Shown: one piece after another, positions 1 to 8,848 of the stretch
Layout: each line of letters starts with the position of its first letter
Numbering within the stretch: the stretch's first letter is position 1
Position numbers and translations under genes: made by a program
DNA from: Cereibacter sphaeroides 2.4.1
Lineage (GTDB): Bacteria; Pseudomonadota; Alphaproteobacteria; Rhodobacterales; Rhodobacteraceae
Assembly (NCBI RefSeq): GCF_000012905.2
Contig: NC_007493.2
Location: 720,001 to 752,000 of the forward strand
Length of the DNA stretch: 32,000 nucleotides
Reading direction: 5' to 3'
The notes under the pieces: generated by a model
Seen by the model: the letters and a program-made list of their open reading frames with translations, nothing else
Database searches by the model: none
Told to the model about the DNA's origin: nothing

Positions 1-389
1 CGGGGCCCCTGAACCGCATCGCCTCGGGCGGCGAGCTCTCGCGCTTCCTGCTGGCGCTCAAGGTCTGTCTGACGGGCGACAGCCCGGGCCTCACGCTGAT
101 CTTCGACGAGATCGACCGCGGGGTAGGGGGCGCCACCGCCGACGCCGTGGGGCGGCGCCTGAAGGCGCTGGCCGAGGGTGCGCAGGTGCTGGTCGTGACC
201 CACTCGCCGCAGGTGGCCGCCCTCGGGGCGCATCACTGGCGAGTCGAGAAGCGGGTGGCGCATGGCATGACCACCTCGACCGTGAGCCCGCTCGGCGCGG
301 GCGACCGGATCGAGGAGATCGCCCGGATGCTCGCAGGCGACACGATCACCGATGCCGCGCGCGAGGCGGCCCGCGCGCTGCTCGACTGA
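1..389 (+). CDS. recN: DNA repair protein RecN, C-terminal fragment (5' end outside the window)
   Basis: Reading from position 3 gives GPLNRIASGGELSRFLLALKV...LIFDEIDRGVGGATADAVG...VLVVTHSPQVAA. These are the SMC/ABC signature (SGGE), Walker B (IFDEID) and H-loop (THSPQ), laid out as in a RecN C-terminus. Stop TGA at 387-389. Confidence 0.85.
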   Translation, partial: GPLNRIASGGELSRFLLALKVCLTGDSPGLTLIFDEIDRGVGGATADAVGRRLKALAEGAQVLVVTHSPQVAALGAHHWRVEKRVAHGMTTSTVSPLGAGDRIEEIARMLAGDTITDAAREAARALLD

Positions 390-399
390 CCGGCGCGCC

Positions 400-792
400 T
401 TAGCCCTCGACCACCGTGAAATGCAGCGTGACGGCGTCGCTTCCCGCCTTGCGCGCGAGCAGCACGGCCGTCAGCACCGCCCCGATCCGCCCCGCGTCGC
501 GCCCTTCGGCATCGACCAGCCCCGAGAGCACGAAGCGCTGATGGACCAGCGTCGCCCCGGGCCCGAGCGGCCGCAGGTCGGTCTTGCCGGTCACCAGCCG
601 CGAGCGGGCGAAGGCGCCCGACAGTTCGGCCTTCAGCGCGGCGAGGATCTCCTTGCGCCCCTCGCACCAGAGGCCGGTGAGGGTGAGCATGGTCGCATCC
701 TGCGCCAGAAGCTCGGACAGGGCCTCGGCATCGCGGGCGGCCCAGAGGGCGGCGAAGCGGCGGTGGAAATCTTCCGGTGTGGGCGCGCTCAT
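400..792 (-). CDS. SnoaL-like / NTF2-fold (DUF4440-type) small protein, 130 aa
   Basis: Only the C-terminal 130 aa of track ORF 400..1254(-) looks coding (MSAPTPEDFHRRFAALWAARDAEALSELLAQDATML...TLHFTVVEG). The ATG at 792 forms an ATGA overlap with the stop of the upstream FAD oxidase (789-791), which suggests translational coupling. The family call is by sequence resemblance only. Confidence 0.7.
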   Translation of the reverse strand: MSAPTPEDFHRRFAALWAARDAEALSELLAQDATMLTLTGLWCEGRKEILAALKAELSGAFARSRLVTGKTDLRPLGPGATLVHQRFVLSGLVDAEGRDAGRIGAVLTAVLLARKAGSDAVTLHFTVVEG

Positions 793-2162
793 GCCGAAGC
801 CACCATCTTGCCGGGATTCAGCAGCCCCAGCGGATCGAGCGCCTGCTTGATCGCGCCCATCACCGCCCAGCCCGCGCCATGTTCGGCCTCCATGTAGCCG
901 AGTTTGCCGAAGCCGATCCCGTGCTCGCCCGTGACCGTCCCGCCGAGCCGCAGCGCCCGCTCGGCCATCCGGCCCGACAGGCGCTTCGCCTCGGCCAGCT
1001 CCTCCGCGCTCTGGGGATCGACCAGCAGGATCGCATGGAAGTTGCCGTCGCCCACATGGCCGAGAATCGGTCCCGGCACCGGGCTCGCCGCGAGATCGGC
1101 CTGCGTCTCCTCGACCGCCTCGGCCAGCCGCGAGATCGGCACGCAGACATCCGTGACCCAGCCCTCGGCGCCGGGGCGCAGCGCGAGGCAGGCGCGGTAG
1201 GCCGCGTGGCGCATCTTCCAGAGCCGCGCCCGGTCCTCGGTCCGCGTGGCCCACTGGAAGTCCGCAGACCCGTGCTCGGCCGCGATCTCGCCGAAGCGCT
1301 CCGCCTGCTCGGCCACGCCCGCCTCGGTGCCGTGGAACTCGATCAGCAGATGCGGCACCGCCGGCATCTCCATCTGCGCATAGGCGTTGCAGGCGGTGAC
1401 CGAAGCCGCATCGAGAAATTCGATCCGCGCCATCGGGATGCCGTGCTGGATCGTTTCGATCACGCAGCCCACCGCCGCGCCCATGTCGGGGAAGGCGCAG
1501 ACGGCGGCCGACACCGCCTCGGGCTGGCCGTGAAGCCGCAGCGTGAGCTCGGTGATGAGGCCGAGCGTGCCTTCCGACCCCACCATCAGCGCGGTCAGAT
1601 CGTAGCCCGAGGAGCTCTTCGGCGCCGCGGTGCCGGTGCGGATCACCCGCCCGTCGGACAGCACCACCTCGAGCCCCAGCACATTGTCGCGCATCGTGCC
1701 GTAGCGCACCGCCGTCGTCCCCGAGGCGCGGGTCGCGGCCATGCCGCCGAGGCTGGCATCGGCGCCGGGATCGACCGGGAAGAACAGGCCCGTGTCGCGC
1801 AGCGCCGCGTTCAGCCCCTCGCGGGTGAGGCCGGGCTGGACGCGCACGATCATGTCCTCGGGTCGCAGCTCGAGGATCCGGTCCATCTGGGCGAAGTCGA
1901 TGGTGACCCCGCCTTTCAGCGCCAGCGCGTGCCCTTCGAGCGAGGTGCCCGCGCCCCAGCCCACCATCGGCACGCGGTGAGCGGTGCAGATCTCGGCGAT
2001 CCGCGCCACCTCGGCCGTCGAGCGCGGAAAGGCCACCGCATCGGGCGGACCTGCATGAAGATGCGTCTCGCTCTGGGCATGCTGCTCGCGCACCGGACGC
2101 GAGCGCGAGAGCCGCTCGCCCAGAACCGCTTCGATGTCGCCGAGTGCCGCGTCGATCCGCAT
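789..2162 (-). CDS. FAD-linked oxidase, D-lactate dehydrogenase (cytochrome)/GlcD family, 457 aa
   Basis: Full-length ORF with the FAD-binding PCMH-type region (VPMVGWGAGTSLEGHA...) and the C-terminal FAD-oxidase motif (GGTVTGEHGIGFGK...LDPLGLLNPGK). Strong SD (AAGGAGGAGAT) directly upstream of the ATG at 2162. Confidence 0.9.
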   Translation of the reverse strand: MRIDAALGDIEAVLGERLSRSRPVREQHAQSETHLHAGPPDAVAFPRSTAEVARIAEICTAHRVPMVGWGAGTSLEGHALALKGGVTIDFAQMDRILELRPEDMIVRVQPGLTREGLNAALRDTGLFFPVDPGADASLGGMAATRASGTTAVRYGTMRDNVLGLEVVLSDGRVIRTGTAAPKSSSGYDLTALMVGSEGTLGLITELTLRLHGQPEAVSAAVCAFPDMGAAVGCVIETIQHGIPMARIEFLDAASVTACNAYAQMEMPAVPHLLIEFHGTEAGVAEQAERFGEIAAEHGSADFQWATRTEDRARLWKMRHAAYRACLALRPGAEGWVTDVCVPISRLAEAVEETQADLAASPVPGPILGHVGDGNFHAILLVDPQSAEELAEAKRLSGRMAERALRLGGTVTGEHGIGFGKLGYMEAEHGAGWAVMGAIKQALDPLGLLNPGKMVASA

Positions 2163-2297
2163 GATCTCCTCCTTGCCGTGCCGCGACCCTAAGCCAAGGG
2201 GGAGGCGGCGGAAAGAGCCCGTCCGCCGCGCAGCCCGGGCACGCGCAAGAGGCCGCCGGAGAAACGGTCCGACCGTCTCAGGCGACGCCCGGGCGCT

Positions 2298-2927
2298 TCA
2301 GCCCCCGAGGCCCGCCAGCCGCGGCGCCAGATCGCCATATCCGGTGAAGCGCCGCTGGTAGGCGAGCCCCAGCCTGCGGGCGCAGTCCTCGGCCTTGGCG
2401 TCGAGCGCCGGATCCTCGGTCTGCGCCTGATAGACGAGGGTCGTGTAATGGCCGAAATACATGTCGCGAAGCTCGGGATGCCGGTCGAGCCCCATCGGGC
2501 GCCAGACGAAGGCATCGAACTGCCGCACGAGGAAGTCGGTCAGGTAGAAGGCGGTGAATTCCTCGTCGGCGCGGGCGGCGAAGGCCGCATTGCCCTCGAA
2601 GAAGGAATAGCAGTGCGGCCCCTCGACCATCTCGACGCCAAGTTCCTGGCATTTCCGCTCCAGCGCGCCGCCGGTGCCGCAATCGGCATAGACCACGAAG
2701 ACAGGCCCGTCGGCCGCGCGCACCGCCGCCTCGACCGCTTCGACGATCTTCTCGGGTCGGAGATGGAGCTTGGCGGGCAGGCACTGCAGGTCGAGATGGT
2801 CCCAGCCGTTCGCCCGCTTCAGCGCCAGGATCTCGTGGGCCAGCGCCCCGCAGGCAATGAGGCGGATGCGGCCCGTGCCCTCGGGCGCCAGCCCCTCGTC
2901 GGACAGGCGGCGGTCGTCGGGGCCCAT
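2298..2927 (-). CDS. DUF1638 domain protein (associated with corrinoid methyltransferase systems)
   Basis: RIRLIACGALAHEI...VVYADCGTGGALERKC...GPHCYSFFEG...FYLTDFLVRQFD resembles DUF1638. I chose the ATG at 2927 because it overlaps the stop of the upstream small ORF (TGATG). The track ORF extends to 2996 with a Gly/Ala/Pro-rich N-terminus that is unlikely to be real. Confidence 0.82.
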   Translation of the reverse strand: MGPDDRRLSDEGLAPEGTGRIRLIACGALAHEILALKRANGWDHLDLQCLPAKLHLRPEKIVEAVEAAVRAADGPVFVVYADCGTGGALERKCQELGVEMVEGPHCYSFFEGNAAFAARADEEFTAFYLTDFLVRQFDAFVWRPMGLDRHPELRDMYFGHYTTLVYQAQTEDPALDAKAEDCARRLGLAYQRRFTGYGDLAPRLAGLGG

Positions 2928-3079
2928 CACGGCCCCCGCAGCCGCAGGAGGAGGCTCGCCACCAGCGCCACCAGCCCCAGCGCGCCGAGCGGCCATCCCG
3001 CCCCGTGAAACAGCGCGACCGTCACCCCTGCAGCGAGGAGGACGGTCGCGATCATGGCGAACAGGAGGGCGGGCGGCAT
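2927..3079 (-). CDS. Small predicted two-helix membrane protein, 50 aa (MPPALLFAMIATVLLAAGVTVALFHGAGWPLGALGLVALVASLLLRLRGP)
   Basis: ATG at 3079 is preceded by AAGGAG 7 nt upstream. 46 of 50 codons end in G/C, as in the neighbouring genes. The stop TGA (2929-2927) overlaps the DUF1638 ATG by 1 nt. Two hydrophobic segments. No family recognised. Confidence 0.55.
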   Translation of the reverse strand: MPPALLFAMIATVLLAAGVTVALFHGAGWPLGALGLVALVASLLLRLRGP

Positions 3080-3131
3080 GGCAGGGCTCCTTTCCCTCAA
3101 GATGAGCATTCCCGCCGCCCGGGAAAAGGCC

Positions 3132-3830
<699 letters not shown>

Positions 3831-3986
3831 GGCGGGCTCCTGAGGGAGTAGGGGTTTCCGACTGAATGCGGCCAAAGGTCCGCGGACACTCATCGGTTTG
3901 CGACATGGGGCGGATGAAAGCCGACAGCGCGCTTCGCCGCTGCGGAAGGTCTGGCTTTCGTTCCCTTTGCGTTCTAGGATGCGTCC

Positions 3987-5075
3987 ATGTCTTCGCGCGA
4001 TCCCAGCCTTTCGCCCACCCTGCGCCTGCGAGCCCGCGGGGCGCTCGCCAACGAGACCGGCCGGTTCGAGACCGAGCGGCGCGAGGCGTTCGACGACGGC
4101 TGGGATCTGCCCGAGGAGGAGCGGCTCCTGCGCACCGAGGTCAGGATCGAGCGGCCGCGCTCCGCGCTCACCTACAACCGCTCGCCGGACCTGCCCTTCG
4201 ACCGTTCGGTCAATCCCTACCGCGGCTGTGAGCACGGCTGCATCTACTGCTTCGCCCGCCCCAGCCATGCCTATCTGAACCTCTCGCCGGGTCTCGATTT
4301 CGAGACCCGGCTGATCGCGCGCCCCGGCATCGCCGCCGTGCTCGAGCGCGAGCTCCGCGCGCGATCCTATCGCGCAGCGCCGATCGCGCTCGGCACCAAC
4401 ACCGATCCCTACCAGCCGATCGAGGCCACGCACCGGCTCATGCGCGAGATCTTGGAGGTGCTCGCGGCCTTCCGCCATCCCGTCGCGATCACGACGAAGG
4501 GCACACTCATCGAGCGGGACCTCGACCTGCTCGCGCCGATGGCCGCCGAAGGCCTTCTGCGCGTGGGCCTCTCGGTCACGACGCTCGATCCGAACCTCTC
4601 GCGCAGGCTCGAACCCCGCGCGCCCTCTCCCGCGCGGCGACTCCAGACCATCCGGCGGCTGGCCGAGGCGGGCGTCCCGGTGCGGGCCATGATTGCCCCG
4701 GTCATCCCGGGCTTGACCGACAGCGAGCTCGACCGCCTCCTCGCAGCGACGGCCGGAGCAGGGGCGGTGGCCGCCAGCTGGATCGTGCTGCGCCTGCCGC
4801 GCGAGGTGGCGCCGCTCCTGCGCGCCTGGGCCGAGGAACATTACCCCGACCGCGCGGCCAAGATGCTGGCCCGGATCCGCGAGATCCACGGCGGACGCGA
4901 CTACGATCCGGCCTTCGGCAAGCGGATGCGCGGCGAGGGCATCTGGGCCGACCTCATCGCGCGCCGCTTCCGGCTCGCCGCCGCGCGCCACGGGCTCGAC
5001 CGGGCGCAGCCCCCGCTCCGCTCCGATCTCTTCCGCCCGCCGCCGCGCCCGGGCGACCAGCTCAGCCTGCTCTAG
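3987..5075 (+). CDS. Radical SAM protein, PA0069-family-like, 362 aa
   Basis: CxxxCxxC cluster motif (GCEHGCIYCFARP) about 85 aa from the N-terminus. The overall layout resembles the PA0069 family of unknown function. Stop TAG at 5073-5075 is followed immediately by a hairpin. Confidence 0.88.
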   Translation: MSSRDPSLSPTLRLRARGALANETGRFETERREAFDDGWDLPEEERLLRTEVRIERPRSALTYNRSPDLPFDRSVNPYRGCEHGCIYCFARPSHAYLNLSPGLDFETRLIARPGIAAVLERELRARSYRAAPIALGTNTDPYQPIEATHRLMREILEVLAAFRHPVAITTKGTLIERDLDLLAPMAAEGLLRVGLSVTTLDPNLSRRLEPRAPSPARRLQTIRRLAEAGVPVRAMIAPVIPGLTDSELDRLLAATAGAGAVAASWIVLRLPREVAPLLRAWAEEHYPDRAAKMLARIREIHGGRDYDPAFGKRMRGEGIWADLIARRFRLAAARHGLDRAQPPLRSDLFRPPPRPGDQLSLL

Positions 5076-5165
5076 GTTCGGAAACGCCCGAACCCTTCGC
5101 TTTCACTCTGGAAAAATATCCTCGGGGCGGGGGTCCGGGGGAGGGGCAGACAGCCCCGCCCCCGG
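5075..5165 (-). repeat. Composite intergenic element, copy A (core reads on the minus strand); works as a bidirectional terminator-like cassette between convergent genes
   Basis: Plus strand: hairpin GGTTCGG-AAACGC-CCGAACC (5075-5094), then core CGCTTTCACTCTGGAAAAATATCCTCGGGG (5098-5127), then a G/C-run hairpin (about 5136-5163, GGGGGAGGGGC-AGACA-GCCCCGCCCCC). The core is near-identical to copies at 19559-19590 and 24418-24451. Confidence 0.65.
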
Positions 5166-5172
5166 CGGCTCC

Positions 5173-6180
5173 TCAGCTCCGCCGCCGGCGCCGCTCGCGC
5201 GTGGGGCCCGCATCGTCCGACCCGTCCGAGGCCGAGGAAAAGCCCCCCAGCGTCTCCGAAATCGTCTCGAGCGAGGGCCGGGGCCCGCGCGGACGGCCCT
5301 CGAGCGCCGCCCGCATCGCCTTCAGATGCTCCGGCATCGTCCCGCAGCAGCCGCCGATGATCCGCGCGCCCGCGTCGCGGGCCAGCACCGCATATTCCGC
5401 CATCAGCTCGGGCGTCCCGTCGTAATGGATGTGGCCGTCGTGATATTTCGGGATCCCCGCATTGCCCTTGGCGATGATCGGCACCTCGATGCCCTGTGCG
5501 GCGAAGCCCAGCACCGTGCGCAAGAGGTCCGAGGCGCCCACGCCGCAGTTCGCGCCGAAGGCGAGCGGCGGGTTCGGCAGCTTCGTGACCAGATCGACGA
5601 GGGCCGCGGCCGTGATCCCCATCATGGTCCGGCCCGCGGTGTCGAAGCTCATCGTGCCGCACCAGGGCATCCCCGCCAGCCGGGCCGCCTCGGCCGCCGC
5701 CTTGAATTCCTCGGCCGCCGAGATGGTCTCGACCCAGAGCACATCCGCGCCCCCGGCCTTCAGCGCCTCGGCCTGCTCGTGGAAGATCTCGACCGCCATC
5801 CGGTGGGTGAGGGTGCCCATCGGCTCGAAGATTTCGCCGGTGGGGCCCATCGATCCCGCCACGACCACCGGACGGCCCGCGGCATCGGCCACCTCGCGCC
5901 CGAGTTCGGCCGCGATGCGGTTCAGCTCGCCCACCCGGCCCTGCGCCTCGTGCAGCTTCAGCCGGGCCGCATTGCCCCCGAAGCTGTTGGTCAGGAAGAT
6001 GTCCGATCCCGCCTCCACCGCCGCGCGGTAGAGGCTGCGGATATTGTCGGGGCGGTCGACGGTCCACAGTTCCGGCGGCTCGCCCGACGACAGGCCCATG
6101 TTGAAGAGGTTCGTCCCCGTCGCGCCGTCGGCCATGAGCCAGTCGCGGGTCCGGAGCAGTCGGGAAAGGGCGTCGGTCAT
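5173..6180 (-). CDS. Homocysteine S-methyltransferase-domain protein (MetH Hcy-binding module-like / Bmt-like), 335 aa
   Basis: MTDALSRLL...DGATGTNLF...FLTNSFGGN, plus the zinc-ligand cysteines in GANCGVG and IIGGCCGTMPEH that typify the Pfam S-methyl_trans fold. ATG at 6180. The track ORF extends upstream to 6342 without support. Confidence 0.9.
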   Translation of the reverse strand: MTDALSRLLRTRDWLMADGATGTNLFNMGLSSGEPPELWTVDRPDNIRSLYRAAVEAGSDIFLTNSFGGNAARLKLHEAQGRVGELNRIAAELGREVADAAGRPVVVAGSMGPTGEIFEPMGTLTHRMAVEIFHEQAEALKAGGADVLWVETISAAEEFKAAAEAARLAGMPWCGTMSFDTAGRTMMGITAAALVDLVTKLPNPPLAFGANCGVGASDLLRTVLGFAAQGIEVPIIAKGNAGIPKYHDGHIHYDGTPELMAEYAVLARDAGARIIGGCCGTMPEHLKAMRAALEGRPRGPRPSLETISETLGGFSSASDGSDDAGPTRERRRRRS

Positions 6181-6391
6181 CTTGTCCTCGCTGGGATCAG
6201 GGACGGAAGGGCGCGGGCGCCCCGGCGCGCGAAGCTCTGCCATGCAGCGAGCCGCGAGGCAAATCCAATTGTCCCGAAAAGCCCGTTCCCGCTGCTGCCG
6301 CGCCGAACCGTCGCTGCCGCGCCCGGCACGGGCATCGACCACGGGCCGAGCGCTTCGGTCGCGTTGCGGCCGCGCCTTGCGCGGACGACGC

Positions 6392-6712
6392 TCAGGCCTG
6401 CGTCTCGGTCATCAGCTGCGCCTTGGCCACCGGCAGAAGCTCGAGCATCTTGCCGCGCACCATGTCGGCCGAGGCCCGGTCGCCGAGATCGGCCGAGACC
6501 TTGCGCACCACATCCTCGAAGCCGGGCTCGTGCAGGTCGGCCTGGATCACCGCGCGGGCATAGACCTGCGCCTCTTCGCCGGTCTTGCCCAGAAGCTCGG
6601 CCGCCCAGAGGCCCACCAGCTTGTTGCGGCGCACCTCGGCCCGGAACTGCATTTCTGCGTCATGCGCGAACTTGCTTTCGAACGCGCGCTCGCGGTCATC
6701 GAAGGTGGTCAT
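6392..6712 (-). CDS. DUF1476 protein = alphaproteobacterial F1Fo-ATPase inhibitor zeta subunit-like, 106 aa
   Basis: MTTFDDRERAFESKFAHDAEMQFRAEVRRNKLVGLWAAELLGKTGEEA... closely resembles the Paracoccus zeta subunit N-terminus as I recall it. Strong SD GGGAGGAG upstream of the ATG at 6712. Hairpin CCGCGC-CTT-GCGCGG (6370-6384) lies downstream of the stop. Confidence 0.85.
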   Translation of the reverse strand: MTTFDDRERAFESKFAHDAEMQFRAEVRRNKLVGLWAAELLGKTGEEAQVYARAVIQADLHEPGFEDVVRKVSADLGDRASADMVRGKMLELLPVAKAQLMTETQA

Positions 6713-6894
6713 GATGGCTCCTCCCGTGGCATGGCTCCGTTTCTGATATGCCCTCGCGCGCAGGGCCGGGCAAGTGCGCCGAGGGCCGCGGATCCGCGAT
6801 TGCCTTGCGAGCGGGGGCCGCTTGGCTTATAGGCCAGATCAACCTGAACGGGGCGCGCCCTGCGCGCCCTCTTCGTCGTTCGATCGGAGTGTGC

Positions 6895-7647
6895 ATGGCA
6901 CGTCGCAAGAAGGTCTACGAGGGCAAGGCCAAGATCCTCTACGAGGGGCCCGAACCCGGGACGCTGATCCAGTACTTCAAGGACGACGGAAGCGCCGCCT
7001 CGACCCCGCCGCAGACCGCGCTCGAGGGCAAGGGCGTCCTCAACAACCGGCTGTCCGAGTTCTTCATGAACGGTCTCAACGCCATCGGCGTTCCGACCCA
7101 CTTCATCCGCCGCCTGAACATGCGCGAGCAGCTGGTCAGGATGGCCGAGATCATCCCGCTCGAGGTGGTGGTCCGCAATTTCGCCGCGGGCGGGATCTCG
7201 AAACGGCTGGGCATCCCCGAGGGCACGCCGCTGCCGCGGCCGATCGTGGAATATTACTTCAAGGACGACAAGCTCGGCTGCCCGCTGGTGTCCGAAGAAC
7301 ATATCATCGCCTTCGGCTGGGCCAGCCAGCAGGATCTCGACGATGTGGTGGCGCTGGCGCTCCGCGTGAACGACTTCCTGTCGGGCGTGATGATGGGCGT
7401 GGGCATCCGGCTGGCGGACTTCCGCATCGAGGTCGGCCGGATCTGGGAGGGCGACTACATGCGCCTGATCGTGGCCGACGAGATCAGCCCCGACAGCTGC
7501 CGCCTCTGGGACGTCCGCGCCGAGGGCGAGGGCGGGGCCCCGCGCGAGCCCGGCCCGCTGCAGGACGTCTATACCGAACTCGCCCGGCGTCTGGGGGTGC
7601 TGCCCTCGAACGTCACCCATTCTCCCAAGCCCACGCTGATCAACTGA
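6895..7647 (+). CDS. purC: Phosphoribosylaminoimidazole-succinocarboxamide (SAICAR) synthase PurC, 250 aa, with two atypical segments
   Basis: [31 protein letters not shown]...LEVVVRN...[13 protein letters not shown]...ARRLGV. ATG at 6895 with a GGAG SD. Followed by purS and purQ. See the finding on its divergent motifs. Confidence 0.85.
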   Translation: MARRKKVYEGKAKILYEGPEPGTLIQYFKDDGSAASTPPQTALEGKGVLNNRLSEFFMNGLNAIGVPTHFIRRLNMREQLVRMAEIIPLEVVVRNFAAGGISKRLGIPEGTPLPRPIVEYYFKDDKLGCPLVSEEHIIAFGWASQQDLDDVVALALRVNDFLSGVMMGVGIRLADFRIEVGRIWEGDYMRLIVADEISPDSCRLWDVRAEGEGGAPREPGPLQDVYTELARRLGVLPSNVTHSPKPTLIN

Positions 7648-7661
7648 AAGGCCTCGCTGCG

Positions 7662-7901
7662 ATGAAAGCCCGCGTCCATGTCATGCTGAAGGATGGCGTC
7701 CTCGATCCGCAGGGCGAGGCGGTGAAACATGCGCTCGGCACGCTCGGCTTCTCGGGTGTCGAGGGCGTGCGTCAGGGCAAGGTGATCGAGCTCGATCTGA
7801 CTGCCACCGACCGTGCCGAGGCCGAGGCCGAAGTGCGCCGGATGTGCGAGAAGCTGCTCGCCAACACGGTGATCGAGAAATACACGGTCGAGATCGCCTG
7901 A
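7662..7901 (+). CDS. purS: Phosphoribosylformylglycinamidine synthase subunit PurS, 79 aa
   Basis: MKARVHVMLKDGVLDPQGEAVKHALGTLGF...VIEKYTVEIA is a typical PurS. Its position between purC and purQ supports the call. Confidence 0.9.
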   Translation: MKARVHVMLKDGVLDPQGEAVKHALGTLGFSGVEGVRQGKVIELDLTATDRAEAEAEVRRMCEKLLANTVIEKYTVEIA

Positions 7902-7908
7902 CCGCCCC

Positions 7909-8061
7909 GGCGGAGCGTGCCGCGCTCCGCCCTGCCATGCCGCAGGGCCCTCCGGGGCCTTCCGGGTCCGGCCCGGCATCGGAGGCCCCTCCCGGGGCCG
8001 TTCGGGCGGGCCGATCCGCGCTGTCGCAGGCGCGGGTGCCTGCCGGACCCCTCCGGGGTCC
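7909..8061 (+). repeat. Cluster of short GC hairpins in the purS-purQ spacer, including three related GGxCCC(C)-TCC(C/G)-GGGGxCC hairpins
   Basis: Hairpins read directly: GGCGGAGCG-TGCCG-CGCTCCGCC (7909-7931); GGCCC-TCCG-GGGCC (7946-7959); GGCCCC-TCCC-GGGGCC (7984-7999); GCAGGC-GCGGGT-GCCTGC (8026-8043); GGACCCC-TCC-GGGGTCC (8045-8061). Confidence 0.45.
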
Positions 8062-8132
8062 TCCGCCTCTTCCTGACCGCGAGCGCAGGCTCGTGGCCAT
8101 CGCCCCCAGTTCTGCCAGCCGGAGCGCCGCCG

Positions 8133-8801
8133 ATGAAAGCCGCCGTCATCACCTTCCCCGGGTCCAACTGCGACCGTGACCTCGCCACCGCCTTCGAGAA
8201 GGCCGGCGCCGATGTCACCCGCGTCTGGCACAAGGACACCGCGCTGCCCGAGGGCGTCGACGTGGTGGGCGTGCCCGGGGGCTTCTCCTTCGGCGACTAC
8301 CTGCGCTGCGGGGCCATCGCCGCCCGCTCGCCCATCGCCGCCGCCATGATCCGCCATGCCGAGCGCGGCGGCTATGTGCTGGGCATCTGCAACGGCTTTC
8401 AGGTGCTGACCGAGACCGGCCTCCTGCCGGGCGCGCTGATGCGCAACGCGGGGCTGAAGTTCATCTGCCGCCGCGTGGATCTGCGTGTGGCCACGGCCGA
8501 CAGCGCCTTCACCTCGGGCTGGGCCGCAGGCGATGCGGTCCGCTTCCCCATCGCGCATCATGACGGCAATTACACCGCCGACCCCGAGACGCTGGCGCGG
8601 CTGCGCGGCGAGGATCGGGTCGCCTTCACCTATCTCGACAATCCCAACGGCTCGATGGAGGACATCGCCGGTATCCTCTCCGCGAACCGCCGCGTTCTCG
8701 GCCTCATGCCGCACCCCGAGCGGGCGGTCGAGGAGGCGCAGGGCGGGGCCGACGGGATGGGCCTCTTCCGCGCGCTGCTGGGCGGGATGGCGCTGGTTTG
8801 A
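8133..8801 (+). CDS. purQ: Phosphoribosylformylglycinamidine synthase I, glutamine amidotransferase subunit PurQ, 222 aa
   Basis: [16 protein letters not shown]...[14 protein letters not shown]...[10 protein letters not shown]...MPHPER. The class-I GATase Cys (ICNGFQ) and His (HPE) are present. Confidence 0.92.
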   Translation: MKAAVITFPGSNCDRDLATAFEKAGADVTRVWHKDTALPEGVDVVGVPGGFSFGDYLRCGAIAARSPIAAAMIRHAERGGYVLGICNGFQVLTETGLLPGALMRNAGLKFICRRVDLRVATADSAFTSGWAAGDAVRFPIAHHDGNYTADPETLARLRGEDRVAFTYLDNPNGSMEDIAGILSANRRVLGLMPHPERAVEEAQGGADGMGLFRALLGGMALV

Positions 8802-8848
8802 TCGGGCCGCGCTTGTTGCGACAAGCGCCCTTCAGTAACGTCGCGCCC

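Noticed and set aside
3831-3986. Possible cobalamin riboswitch upstream of the corrinoid-protein operon; 6181-6391 upstream of the Hcy methyltransferase was also checked
   Set aside because: An AAAGGGAAC and an AGCCAGACC-like string occur on the minus strand, but only about 6 nt apart and in the wrong arrangement. There is no GCCACTG B12 box and no GGTG..ATCC element. An Infernal scan would be decisive, but by eye the consensus is absent.
3831-4991. N-terminal 387 aa of track ORF 3132-4991 (-), which would make a 619-aa corrinoid protein
   Set aside because: The extension is antisense to the radical-SAM gene and looks non-coding. The corrinoid protein has a clean ATG with an AGGAG SD at 3830 and a complete cap plus B12-binding architecture from there.
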